DNA from: Bacteroidia bacterium
Lineage (GTDB): Bacteria; Bacteroidota; Bacteroidia; CAIKAF01
Length of the DNA stretch: 64,000 nt
Direction of reading: 5' to 3'
NCBI GenBank assembly: GCA_030427255.1
Contig: JAUHWY010000018.1
Coordinates: forward strand, 2,359-66,358
Shown here: positions 47,855 to 57,111 of the stretch, piece by piece
Layout: each line of letters starts with the position of its first letter
How positions within the stretch are numbered: position 1 is the first letter of the stretch
Translations under genes and position numbers: made by a program
Notes under the pieces: generated by a model
Database searches by the model: none
Told to the model about the DNA's origin: nothing
What the model saw: only the letters and a program-made list of their open reading frames with translations

Positions 47855-49377
47855 GGTCTCTCCCTATAAATGTCCATCGGACTTTTGGGTCGATCTGCCG
47901 CTTGCCAACTAAAACCCTCCAAACGGTAGGCCTTGGGATCTACATCTTCCCATGGAAACATGGTGCCGTAGGGCTCTTCCAAAAACACAATCTTCACCAC
48001 TTGGTTTTCTTCAATGTAAATATGCATGTTGCGGCTGAACACTTCGTTTAGCCCGGTTAGGCTGCTGTCCTCTTCCCTAGGGTGATAAATGCTCCTTCCT
48101 TGTTCAAACACATCCAAGCGGTACATGGTATTCTCTCGAAAATAACCATGCATGCGTTCTCCCGCCACCTGATTAAACCGAATGCTGTCGTCTCGACTTA
48201 TCATTAAGGCCAAACTGTCTAAATCCAAGCCCAAAATTTCGCCTTCGGCCATGGTAATGTTTATGCGCTTTGCCGTCATTTGACTTGAGTCGCTCCACAT
48301 CACCGGCCTACCTCTCAGGCGCATCAAAGAGTCGTTTTCGCTGTAAAAAAGACTATCGCTGGCGCCTTGCAAATCAGACTTGTAAAACTTTACGTGCGCA
48401 TAAGCTCGGATGGAATGCAAATCCATGCTGTCTCTTTTGCCAAATAGGGTGTCCCCGGTTACAAAAAGGGTGTCTTGGTCAAATACCTGGGTCATAAGCA
48501 CCGAGTCGGTTACATAATACCTCCTCAAATCTTCCCAAGTTTCAGAAAACTGACCGGAAACGGTGACTTTTTCTACGGTATCTACCAGCAATACATTTCC
48601 AATGCCCTTGCCGTAGCCCGACCTTCGTTCGTAATATAAACTGTCGCCGGTAAGCACCCGCGTATCGGAGGTGACTTTGGCATCTTTATTAAACTGCGCT
48701 CTGTCTTGCTTTTTGTCGTACCAACCGTTTCTGCATTCAATAATGCTGCCCTCACTGTAAATGGTGCTTGGCCCCCTAAAATAGGCAATGTCGCTGCGGG
48801 TGTCGTAATGAAGGGTGTCTGAGTAAAGCTGGTATTCGGGATTGGTAATGACCACATCGTCCTTAAAGGTAAAGCTCCGTGTTCGGGTATCGTAAACACC
48901 GGTTTTAGAGGATATGTCGTCTTGCCCGTTACGTATCTCGGCCGCTTGAGGATACCATACTTTCCCGGTATTTCGGTCATATTCCATTCGGGTGGTTTCC
49001 AAACTCACTTGCGGATCAAGCATGCGCACCCTGCTCCAAATTTCTGCCTTGCGGGTGTTGCCATCGTAGTGCAAGCTGTCGCCGTAAAGGCTTAGGGTGT
49101 CTCCCTGCCGAATGTGAATGTGCCCAAAAGCATCCATGGAGTTGGTCGACTCATAGATTAATGCAGAGTCGGCATACATAAAGGCACCTTCATGAAACAA
49201 TACCACCCTGCCACGCAGGGTTTGTATGCTTTGCCCTTCTTCTCTGCTGCCCAACAGCAAGTCGGCATTTCGTATTTCAATAACTTTGCTCGTGTCGCTG
49301 CCCGGCTGTTGTGACCAAAGGGTGGAAACAAAAGAGCAAAAGAAAAAGATAAGAAGGAACCTGGAGGCTGTGTGCAT
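47851..49377 (-). CDS. OstA/LptA-like beta-jellyroll protein
   Basis: Signal peptide, repeated LYGDSLHYD / DSLYY motifs, LEGFSW..RP C-terminus; TAATG overlap with purA. Confidence 0.85.
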   Translation of the reverse strand: MHTASRFLLIFFFCSFVSTLWSQQPGSDTSKVIEIRNADLLLGSREEGQSIQTLRGRVVLFHEGAFMYADSALIYESTNSMDAFGHIHIRQGDTLSLYGDSLHYDGNTRKAEIWSRVRMLDPQVSLETTRMEYDRNTGKVWYPQAAEIRNGQDDISSKTGVYDTRTRSFTFKDDVVITNPEYQLYSDTLHYDTRSDIAYFRGPSTIYSEGSIIECRNGWYDKKQDRAQFNKDAKVTSDTRVLTGDSLYYERRSGYGKGIGNVLLVDTVEKVTVSGQFSETWEDLRRYYVTDSVLMTQVFDQDTLFVTGDTLFGKRDSMDLHSIRAYAHVKFYKSDLQGASDSLFYSENDSLMRLRGRPVMWSDSSQMTAKRINITMAEGEILGLDLDSLALMISRDDSIRFNQVAGERMHGYFRENTMYRLDVFEQGRSIYHPREEDSSLTGLNEVFSRNMHIYIEENQVVKIVFLEEPYGTMFPWEDVDPKAYRLEGFSWQAADRPKSPMDIYRERP

Positions 49378-50663
49378 TACCGCATTAAGGTTTCGGTGCG
49401 ACCAGGGCCAATGGACACCAAACGTACCGGAACCCCGCAACTTTGTTCTATGCGTTCAATATACTTCTGCAAACCTTTCGGCATTTCGGTTTTTCCCGGG
49501 TTAGCTAAATCTCCCTCAAGCAATTCGGCGGGATCAAAGTCCCAGCCTTCCATGGTTTCGTAGATGGGAGTGGCTGTGCTTAGGTCAAAGGGCATTTGAC
49601 TGCTTTCTTTTCCATCAACACGGTATGCGGTACAAAGCTTAACTTCCTTCATGCCGCAAAGCACATCGGCTTTCATCATAGCCAATTCGGTAACTCCATT
49701 AATCATTACCGCATATTGCAAGGCAGTTAAATCTAACCAACCGCAACGTCTGGGGCGACCTGTGGTGGATCCGAATTCATGGCCCTTTGTGCGAATGAAA
49801 TCGCCGGCATCATCAAACAGTTCAGTTGGGAAGGGGCCACTACCAACTCGGGTGCAATAGGCTTTAAAAATACCGGTAATGTTGCCCAGCTGAGAAGGCG
49901 CCAACCCCAAGCCGGAACAGGCCCCCGAAGCCAGAGTGTTGGAAGAGGTCACGTAGGGGTAACTCCCAAATTCCAAATCGAGCAGGGTGCCTTGAGCCCC
50001 CTCTGCTAGTACCTTTTGATCTTGTTTCAGGGCCTCCTGAATCAAGTATTCGGTATTGTCGGTCTTGAGTTGCCTCAATTTATCTACCGCCTCTAAAAAG
50101 GCAGCTTCATCGGGTATTTCATCCGGGGTTTCCCAATCCATGGCTGCTAAAAGCCGTTGGTGTTTGGCCTTTAACTTGCCGTACCGTTGGTCAAAGTCCG
50201 CCGCAAGTAAATCACCCATGCGCAATCCGTTTCTACCGGTTCTGTCCATATAGGCAGGACCTATGCCCCGCAAGGTGCTTCCAATTTTTTCTTTACCCTT
50301 GGCTTGCTCTGAGGCCGCATCCAACAACCGATGGGTGGGCAAAATCAAATGAGCGCGACGGCTAATGACCAATTGCTTTTCCGGAGAAAAGCCTGCGGCT
50401 CGCAAGCCTTCCAATTCCCTCATAAAGCCAATGGGGTCTAAAACCACTCCATTGCCGACAATATTGAGGCATCCTTCGGTAAAAATACCGGAGGGAACCG
50501 TGTGCAAAACAAACTTTTTGCCCTCAAAGGAAATGGTATGCCCGGCATTGGGGCCACCCTGAAACCTAGCCACCAATTGATACTTTGAGGCTTTTACGTC
50601 AACAACTTTTCCTTTGCCTTCGTCGCCCCACTGGAGCCCTAACAAAACATCCGCTTTGGTCAT
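49377..50663 (-). CDS. purA: Adenylosuccinate synthase
   Basis: GLQWGDEGKGK, GGPNAGHT, EGAQG, TTGRPRRCGW. Confidence 0.97.
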   Translation of the reverse strand: MTKADVLLGLQWGDEGKGKVVDVKASKYQLVARFQGGPNAGHTISFEGKKFVLHTVPSGIFTEGCLNIVGNGVVLDPIGFMRELEGLRAAGFSPEKQLVISRRAHLILPTHRLLDAASEQAKGKEKIGSTLRGIGPAYMDRTGRNGLRMGDLLAADFDQRYGKLKAKHQRLLAAMDWETPDEIPDEAAFLEAVDKLRQLKTDNTEYLIQEALKQDQKVLAEGAQGTLLDLEFGSYPYVTSSNTLASGACSGLGLAPSQLGNITGIFKAYCTRVGSGPFPTELFDDAGDFIRTKGHEFGSTTGRPRRCGWLDLTALQYAVMINGVTELAMMKADVLCGMKEVKLCTAYRVDGKESSQMPFDLSTATPIYETMEGWDFDPAELLEGDLANPGKTEMPKGLQKYIERIEQSCGVPVRLVSIGPGRTETLMR

Positions 50664-51052
50664 GCGTCTTCTTTGCGTTTGCTGTTTGGGGCTTGTATTT
50701 CTTGAAATGCTTCTTCCGGCCCCGAAACCGTAGCAAAAATATGATGAATTTTGGTGAGGATAAAAAGTTCGTTTAAGGAATCGTTGCTTCCGCCAATCCA
50801 TGCCTCACCTCCGCTGTTTCGACTCATGGTGAGCAGTTTCAGCAATACGTTCAATCCTTCCGAATTGATGTATTCCAAGCCTTTTAAATCCAAATACAAA
50901 TACAAGGGTTTTTCTTCCCCCAATTGCTCTTGAACGGTTCTTAAAAAGCGTTGGGCATCGTAGGCCGACAAAAGCTTGCCTTCCAGCACCAAAACGTGTA
51001 AGGGTGCCTGCGTGCTATCTATTTGGTAGGAAAAGGGGTTTTCTAAGTCCAT
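50660..51052 (-). CDS. STAS-domain anti-sigma factor antagonist
   Basis: LDLKGLEYINSEGLNVL STAS motif. Confidence 0.87.
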   Translation of the reverse strand: MDLENPFSYQIDSTQAPLHVLVLEGKLLSAYDAQRFLRTVQEQLGEEKPLYLYLDLKGLEYINSEGLNVLLKLLTMSRNSGGEAWIGGSNDSLNELFILTKIHHIFATVSGPEEAFQEIQAPNSKRKEDA

Positions 51053-51074
51053 GGGGCAAGGTAAGGAAATATAC

Positions 51075-51460
51075 GAATGATTAATGATTAATGATGAGTG
51101 ATGCAGTAAAGACGCAACATCTTGCGTCTCATGCGTCTCATGCGTCTCAAGCGTCTCATGCCTCCCCTGCGTCTCAAACCGCAGTAAAGACGCAACATCT
51201 TGCGCCTCATTTTTTTGGCCGCCTTATCCTGCTGTCTGCGGTAGTGCCCCGTCTCCGGCCCACGGTCTGCGGCCGCTCCGGGGTCTTCGTTCCTCAGCCT
51301 CCTCGCTTGGCCGCATACCGGGGCCGGAGCCGCGTCAGCTACCTGCTTCCATCAGGGGCGGAGGATTACTAAAACTTTAAGAGAGGGGTGAGGTAAAGAC
51401 GCAATATCTTGCGTCTCAAACCGCAGAAAAGACGCAGTATCTTGCATCTCAAAAGTCTCA
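51075..51460 (+). repeat. REP cluster (GTAAAGACGCAACATCTTGCGTCTC), heptamers, TGCGTCTCA 9-mers and an embedded family C hairpin (51209-51368)
   Basis: Four REP hairpins near 51106, 51184, 51393 and 51426; TGATTAA/TGATGAG heptamers at the 5' side. Confidence 0.85.
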
Positions 51461-51530
51461 ACTTGTTTTCAACACCCCACGCCCAACCGCTCTTTTGTCC
51501 TTACCTTTATCTTTCAACTTATTTTTCTTT

Positions 51531-52829
51531 ATGAAGTTCCTTTATTTCTTGCTTAGCCTTCTTTGGTCCGCCGGACTTTATGCGCAATCCGTTCGCATTG
51601 CTTCGTCTCCCGGACAGGCCGACCCCAGCGCCGGTTTGGATGTGGATTTTAACGACCGGGGCCTGCTTTTGCCCAGGTTAACCACCACCCAACGCAATGC
51701 CATCGCCAGTCCTGCCGATGGGCTTCAAATATTCAATACCACCAGCCAATGCATGGAAGTCTTTATTTCCAACAGTTGGTTTGCAGTGGCTTGCCCTTGC
51801 CAATATTTTCCCAACGCTCAGTTTTCGTTCTCTCCTTCCAATCCGGGAGCAGGAAATGCGGTGAGTTTTAGTCCCCAGCAATCAGGACTGCAATACCAAT
51901 GGTTGTTTGCCTCCGGTACACCGGCCTCTTCTTCCCAAGCCAACCCTTCCGTTACTTGGGCCAATGCAGGTACTTATTCGGTGGTGCTTCAGGTGACCGA
52001 CAACCAAGGATGCACCGCATCCGATACCCAAAATGTGGTGGTGAGCAGCTGCCCTCCCGGTTCTCAAACCTTTACCGCCAACGGCACGCTAGCCTCGGGT
52101 AGCATTCAAAGTTTTACGGTGCCGGCCTGTGCAACCTCAGTTACGGTAGAAGCCTGGGGCGCACAAGGCGGAAGTACCTCCAACACCAACGGTGGTTTGG
52201 GCGCCTACATCAAAGGCACTTTCTCGGTGTCGGGCGGTGAAGTACTGCGCGTCTTGGTGGGTCAACAAGGCGAAGCCGGCTCTTCTGGTCACGGCAACTG
52301 CGGTGGCGGCGGTGGCGGCTCTTTTGTGACCCGCAGCAACAACCAGCCCATGGTGGTGGCCGGTGGAGGCGGCGGTGCAGGAACCGCTTCCAACATCAGC
52401 ATTCGTACGCCCGATCCGGGACAAACTGGAAACAGCGGAACGGCAGGAAAAGGAAATGGAATGCCCGGCGGCACCGGAGGAAATGGTGCTCCGGGAGTTT
52501 GTTCAAGTTGTGGCGCAACCAATGGAGCCGGTTTGCAGAGCAACAGCCAAGCCTATGGCAGCTCTTATGGAACCTCAGCCATTGCTTTTACCAATGGTGG
52601 AGGAGGGGCTACCTCCAGTAGTGGATACGACGGTGGATTTGGGGGTGGCGGAGCAGGAGCTTTTGGTGCCGGCGGCGGCGGAGGTTATTCCGGTGGAGGT
52701 TCAGGAAACTATTCCGGTACCACGGACAACAGCGGCGGCGGCGGTGGCGGCTCTTTTAATGGAGGCACCAATCCGAGCAATCAAGCCGGAGTGAGGAGTG
52801 GGAATGGGCAAGTAATCATTAGTTGGTAA
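51531..52829 (+). CDS. Secreted PKD-domain + glycine-rich domain protein (paralog of 3743-4990)
   Basis: Signal peptide, GLLLPRLTTTQRNAI, YQWLFASGTPASS, Gly-rich domain, ends GNGQVIISW. Confidence 0.82.
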   Translation: MKFLYFLLSLLWSAGLYAQSVRIASSPGQADPSAGLDVDFNDRGLLLPRLTTTQRNAIASPADGLQIFNTTSQCMEVFISNSWFAVACPCQYFPNAQFSFSPSNPGAGNAVSFSPQQSGLQYQWLFASGTPASSSQANPSVTWANAGTYSVVLQVTDNQGCTASDTQNVVVSSCPPGSQTFTANGTLASGSIQSFTVPACATSVTVEAWGAQGGSTSNTNGGLGAYIKGTFSVSGGEVLRVLVGQQGEAGSSGHGNCGGGGGGSFVTRSNNQPMVVAGGGGGAGTASNISIRTPDPGQTGNSGTAGKGNGMPGGTGGNGAPGVCSSCGATNGAGLQSNSQAYGSSYGTSAIAFTNGGGGATSSSGYDGGFGGGGAGAFGAGGGGGYSGGGSGNYSGTTDNSGGGGGGSFNGGTNPSNQAGVRSGNGQVIISW

Positions 52830-52981
52830 GACCGGCCAGGGACCGGCACGGAAAGCCCGGATGACGCCGGCGGATGCCAAGGCAGGCCTGCCGCGGTGGA
52901 GCTTTGCGGAACCCCGGCAGAACTAGCCTTGGCTCCGCTGGCGTCACCGGACTTGGAGGGAGGGCCCGGCAGGCCGCCCAA
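52830..52981 (-). repeat. GC-rich long-hairpin repeat, family A (reverse orientation)
   Basis: CGGAAAGCCCGG 52849-52860, apex GGAGCTTTGCGGA 52898-52910, GGACTTGGAGGGAGGG 52949-52964. Confidence 0.78.
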
Positions 52982-53021
52982 TGAAACCTACAAATCCCTA
53001 TTTGCGTATCTTTGACTTTGC

Positions 53022-55280
53022 ATGGAAAGCCACAAAATCGATGACTATTTGGCCGAAGAACAGGCCGAAATCAAAAAGCAATACCGCGCCCTGTTGCGGG
53101 CTGCCGGCAAAAATGTGGACAAGCCGGAGGACAAAAAGCGCATTCGTAGGGCCTTTGATTTGGCCGTAGATGCCCACAAAGAAATGCGCCGAAAGTCAGG
53201 AGAACCCTACATTTATCACCCCATTGCCGTGGCGCGCATTGTGTCGGAGGAGATGGGGCTGGGGGCCACCAGCATCATTTGTGCTTTGCTGCACGATACG
53301 GTAGAAGATACCGAAATTACCCTCGAAGATATTGAGCAGTTTTTTGGCCCAAAAGAGTCCAAAATCATCGATGGGCTCACCAAAATGGAAGGGGTATTTG
53401 ACCATACGCAATCCATTCAGGCCGAGAATTTTCGGAAGATTGTACTTACCCTCGCCGAGGACATTCGGGTAATTCTTATAAAAATCGCCGATCGCCTGCA
53501 CAACATGCGCACGCTCACCCACATGCGGCGCGATAAGCAACTTAAAATCGCCTCTGAAACGCTCTATTTGTATGCGCCTTTGGCCCATCGCCTTGGCCTG
53601 TACAACATCAAAACGGAGCTGGAAGACTTGAGCCTCTGCTATTTGGAACCCGAAGCTTTTGCCGATATTGAAGCCAAGCTCGAAAAAAGCAAAGAAGTAC
53701 GCGATCGCTTCGTTACCCATTTTGTGTATCCAATCCGCAAGGCCCTAAAGGCTCAAGAAATTGATTTTGAAATAAAAGGAAGAACCAAGTCCATTTATTC
53801 CATTTACAATAAGATTCGTAAGAAGGGTGTTCCTTTTGAGGAGATTTACGACATTTTTGCCATCCGAATCATTTTGGATGTGCCGCCCGAACGCGAAAAG
53901 GCTGAAATTTGGCGCACCTATTCTCTGGTCACCGATGTGTATCAACCCAAGCCGGACCGCCTGCGCGATTGGATTAGCTTTCCCCGGGCCAACGGCTACG
54001 AAAGTTTGCACGTTACGGTGATGAGTCCCACCGGCAAATGGGTGGAAGTACAAATCCGCAGCCGGCGCATGGACGACATGGCCGAAAAGGGCTATGCCGC
54101 CCATTGGAAGTACAAAGAGAATCAAGCCGAATCGGCCATTGACGAGTGGATTACCCGCGTGCGCGAAATGCTCGAAAGCCATCAGGAAGGGGAAGCCCTC
54201 GATTTTATGGACTCCTTTAAGTTGAACTTGTACAACGAGGAGATTTATACCTTTACACCTAAGGGAGAGCTGCGCACCATGCCTTCGGGTGCCACGGCCC
54301 TGGATTTTGCCTACGATATCCATTCCGAACTGGGCGACCACTGCCTTGGCGCCAAGGTCAACAACAAACTGGTGCCGCTAAGCTATGTGCTCAAAAGCGG
54401 CGACCAAATCGAAATTCTAAGCTCCAAAAAGCAAAAGCCCAAGGAAGATTGGCTCAGCTTTGTGGTAACCGGCAAAGCCCGCAGCCGCATCAAAGCTGCC
54501 CTCAAAGACGAAAAACGCCGCATTGCTGCCGAAGGAAAAGAAGTATTGGAACGCAAACTGCGCCGCCTTAAAATTCATTTTACCGAGGACGACCTGCCCA
54601 AAATGCTTAAATACTTCTCGGTGGACGATCCCTTGGAATTTTATTTTCAGGTGGGTACTGCGGCCATCAGCTCCCAACAAATTCGCGATTTTTATCGGGC
54701 AGAGAGCAACCGCAGCTGGTACCGCTACCTCACCACCAAGTTTAAGCGCAGCCAAATCAACGAAAAGGCCGAGGACAAAGACCAGCAGCTGCTCAAAAAG
54801 CTCAAGCAAGAAGAGAATCAACTACTGATTGGCGACAATTTAGAGAAGTTGGACTATAGCTTGGCCCCCTGTTGCAACCCCATTCCCGGCGACGAGGTAT
54901 TTGGCTTTGTTACCGTGGGCGACGGCATTAAAATCCACAAAACCAATTGCCCCAACGCCGTACAACTGCTCTCCAACTACGCCTATAGAGTGGTGAAAGC
55001 CAAGTGGACCAGTTCCGACGAACCTGCCTTTTTGGTGGGCATTCGCGTAACGGGCGTAGACGATGTGGGCATAGTGAATAAAATTACCCGCCTCATTTCC
55101 AATCAAATGAAGGTGAATATACGCTCTTTGAGTTTCGACTCAAATGATGGTATCTTTGAAGGCAGAATGACCCTGTTTGTGCAACATACCCTGCATTTGA
55201 ACGAACTCATCGGCAAATTGCGCGATTTGGAGGGGGTTATTGATGTGGAACGCATTACCCCTGAGCACCCAACGGCATGA
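53022..55280 (+). CDS. relA: RelA/SpoT (p)ppGpp synthetase/hydrolase
   Basis: RKSGEPY, LLHDTVED (HD), DRLHNMRT, NGYESLH, EVQIR, TGS, CCNPIPGD, ACT. Confidence 0.95.
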   Translation: MESHKIDDYLAEEQAEIKKQYRALLRAAGKNVDKPEDKKRIRRAFDLAVDAHKEMRRKSGEPYIYHPIAVARIVSEEMGLGATSIICALLHDTVEDTEITLEDIEQFFGPKESKIIDGLTKMEGVFDHTQSIQAENFRKIVLTLAEDIRVILIKIADRLHNMRTLTHMRRDKQLKIASETLYLYAPLAHRLGLYNIKTELEDLSLCYLEPEAFADIEAKLEKSKEVRDRFVTHFVYPIRKALKAQEIDFEIKGRTKSIYSIYNKIRKKGVPFEEIYDIFAIRIILDVPPEREKAEIWRTYSLVTDVYQPKPDRLRDWISFPRANGYESLHVTVMSPTGKWVEVQIRSRRMDDMAEKGYAAHWKYKENQAESAIDEWITRVREMLESHQEGEALDFMDSFKLNLYNEEIYTFTPKGELRTMPSGATALDFAYDIHSELGDHCLGAKVNNKLVPLSYVLKSGDQIEILSSKKQKPKEDWLSFVVTGKARSRIKAALKDEKRRIAAEGKEVLERKLRRLKIHFTEDDLPKMLKYFSVDDPLEFYFQVGTAAISSQQIRDFYRAESNRSWYRYLTTKFKRSQINEKAEDKDQQLLKKLKQEENQLLIGDNLEKLDYSLAPCCNPIPGDEVFGFVTVGDGIKIHKTNCPNAVQLLSNYAYRVVKAKWTSSDEPAFLVGIRVTGVDDVGIVNKITRLISNQMKVNIRSLSFDSNDGIFEGRMTLFVQHTLHLNELIGKLRDLEGVIDVERITPEHPTA

Positions 55281-55741
55281 ATCAGAACCAGATGGAAGAA
55301 GTGCGCGACATTTTTAGTCGTTATTTGGAGGCCAATGGCCACCGCAAAACCCCGGAACGTTTTGCCATCCTCGAAGAAATTTACAGCCGCAACCACCATT
55401 TTGACGTTGAGGAGCTCTTTAAATCCATGAAAGAGCGCAACTATAGGGTGAGCCGGGCCACCGTGTACAATACCTTGGACCTTTTGCTCAATTGCCATTT
55501 GGTGCGCAAACACCAGTTCACCGGCAATTTGGCCCAATACGAAAAAAGCCACGGCTACAGCCAGCACGACCACCTCATTTGCAACCAATGCCACAAGGTT
55601 ACCGAGTTTTGTGATCCGCGCCTACACCACATCCAAACCGGCGTGGGCGATTTGCTCGGTTTTCAAATCAAACATCATTCCTTTATTCTGTACGGGGATT
55701 GCAACCAATCCGACTGCCCGGATCGACCGGATGCGCCGTAA
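55277..55741 (+). CDS. fur: Fur family transcriptional regulator
   Basis: RKTPERF, HHFD, SRATVYNTL, HDHLICNQC. Confidence 0.92.
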   Translation: MNQNQMEEVRDIFSRYLEANGHRKTPERFAILEEIYSRNHHFDVEELFKSMKERNYRVSRATVYNTLDLLLNCHLVRKHQFTGNLAQYEKSHGYSQHDHLICNQCHKVTEFCDPRLHHIQTGVGDLLGFQIKHHSFILYGDCNQSDCPDRPDAP

Positions 55742-55755
55742 CCACGGGATATGTT

Positions 55756-55799
55756 GCGTCTCTGCATGCCAATTATTCCGCGCTGAAGCCTTTGCGCCT
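55756..55799 (+). repeat. Single copy of a 46-bp repeat unit also at 63945-64000
   Basis: GCGTCTCTGCATGCCAATTATTCCGCGCTGAAGCCTTTGCGCCT. Confidence 0.7.
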
Positions 55800-55952
55800 C
55801 TAAGACATCGGCATCCGCGCCTGCGCCGTCCAATCCAGCGACCCCTTGGCCCCGCTCCGATATTTCATTAGCCCCGCCATGGCAATCATGGCCGCATTGT
55901 CGGTGCAATAAGCCAATTTGGGGATGTGCAATTCCCAGCCTTTTTGGGTGCA
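55800..55952 (-). pseudogene. Displaced duplicate of the tsaD 3' end (att-like direct repeat, left copy)
   Basis: 55806-55952 matches 57112-57258 with 3 mismatches; reads ...YCTDNAAMIAMAG...ARMPMS-stop. Confidence 0.9.
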
Positions 55953-57111
55953 GGAATTTTTTAGAAATCTGTATTCAACATGGGTAGCGGTAATTTTATA
56001 ATGTAGAAAACTCTTAGAGAAAGCACAAATGCTATTTAAAACTATAGTTTTGAAACAATTTTAATTTTTTTTCGTATAACCTTTTGTTTTATAAAAAATA
56101 TTAGCGAATGAGAACTGTAAAAGATTACATGTTAAATCCAGAATTATTTGATAATGATAATTTTAATGAAATCGAGGCGTACCATTTTTTCTCAAAAACC
56201 TTAAATAGAGTAAGGCTACCTATTATAAATGTTACTGTAGCAAATAATTTTATTGATAGGCTTAGAAGGTTAGAAGGTGATAAACTTCATACTAGTTTGG
56301 CAGACTATCTTCCGGTGTCTTCAACAAATTATGAGGTTTTAGAAAAAATTTCTGGAGGTAGAGCTAACTTGCCCAGACAATCCGTTTTTTATGGTAGTTT
56401 AAGAACAGAGGAAAATCCTTACAGCCGTATTACTGCTTTAACAGAGGTTTCTGCGAATCATAGGCGTCCAGCAATTAATAAAGTGCAGTTAAAAGACTTA
56501 ACAAGATTTCAAGAAAATGAAGAGAGTAGTAACTTAAAGGATTTTTTTTATTCTTTTTCACGGTGGGAAATTAGGAAGCCATTAGAGCTTGCAGTTGTAA
56601 TGCCTTTTGGGAGTTATGCAAATTCAATGAATAGGCAAATAATGGAGCAGTGTCAGCAAAAATTTAATTCACTTTCCACAAGAGATAAAGAGTTAATAAG
56701 ACTTCTTTCTGACTCATTCTTAAATAATAAAAGTACTCGTTGGAAGTACTATTTTTCTGCATATTACGCAAACTGTTTATATAGGGAATTTGATGGAATT
56801 CTTTACCCGAGTATGCAATCAAACCAAGAAGGGCAAAATATTGTTTTAAGGAGTGATGTAGTTCTAAATAAGTTAAGCTTAGATAAAATAGCTCTTTTAG
56901 AAGAAAGAGTTATAAATGACAATAAAAGCCCTCACACAGTGGTAGATATAATTGGTGTTGGAGATTTTTCGAATGATGATATTTTTTTCTATACATTAAA
57001 GAATGGAGTAATTAGTTCCACAAGAAAATGTTATTGTAAAGACCAATTGAAACAAATGGCGAAATAGGCGAGTAGAAATAGTTGATTTTAAGAAACCTTA
57101 TTGGGGTGTAT
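55953..57111. mobile_element. AT-rich single-gene islet inserted at the tsaD 3' end
   Basis: Abrupt shift to strongly AT-rich sequence, bounded by 147-bp direct repeats. Confidence 0.8.
56108..57067 (+). CDS. RES domain-containing protein
   Basis: GRANLPRQSVFYGS (R), ALTEV (E), FDGILYPSMQ..GQNIVL (S) pattern; AT-rich codon usage. Confidence 0.75.
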   Translation: MRTVKDYMLNPELFDNDNFNEIEAYHFFSKTLNRVRLPIINVTVANNFIDRLRRLEGDKLHTSLADYLPVSSTNYEVLEKISGGRANLPRQSVFYGSLRTEENPYSRITALTEVSANHRRPAINKVQLKDLTRFQENEESSNLKDFFYSFSRWEIRKPLELAVVMPFGSYANSMNRQIMEQCQQKFNSLSTRDKELIRLLSDSFLNNKSTRWKYYFSAYYANCLYREFDGILYPSMQSNQEGQNIVLRSDVVLNKLSLDKIALLEERVINDNKSPHTVVDIIGVGDFSNDDIFFYTLKNGVISSTRKCYCKDQLKQMAK

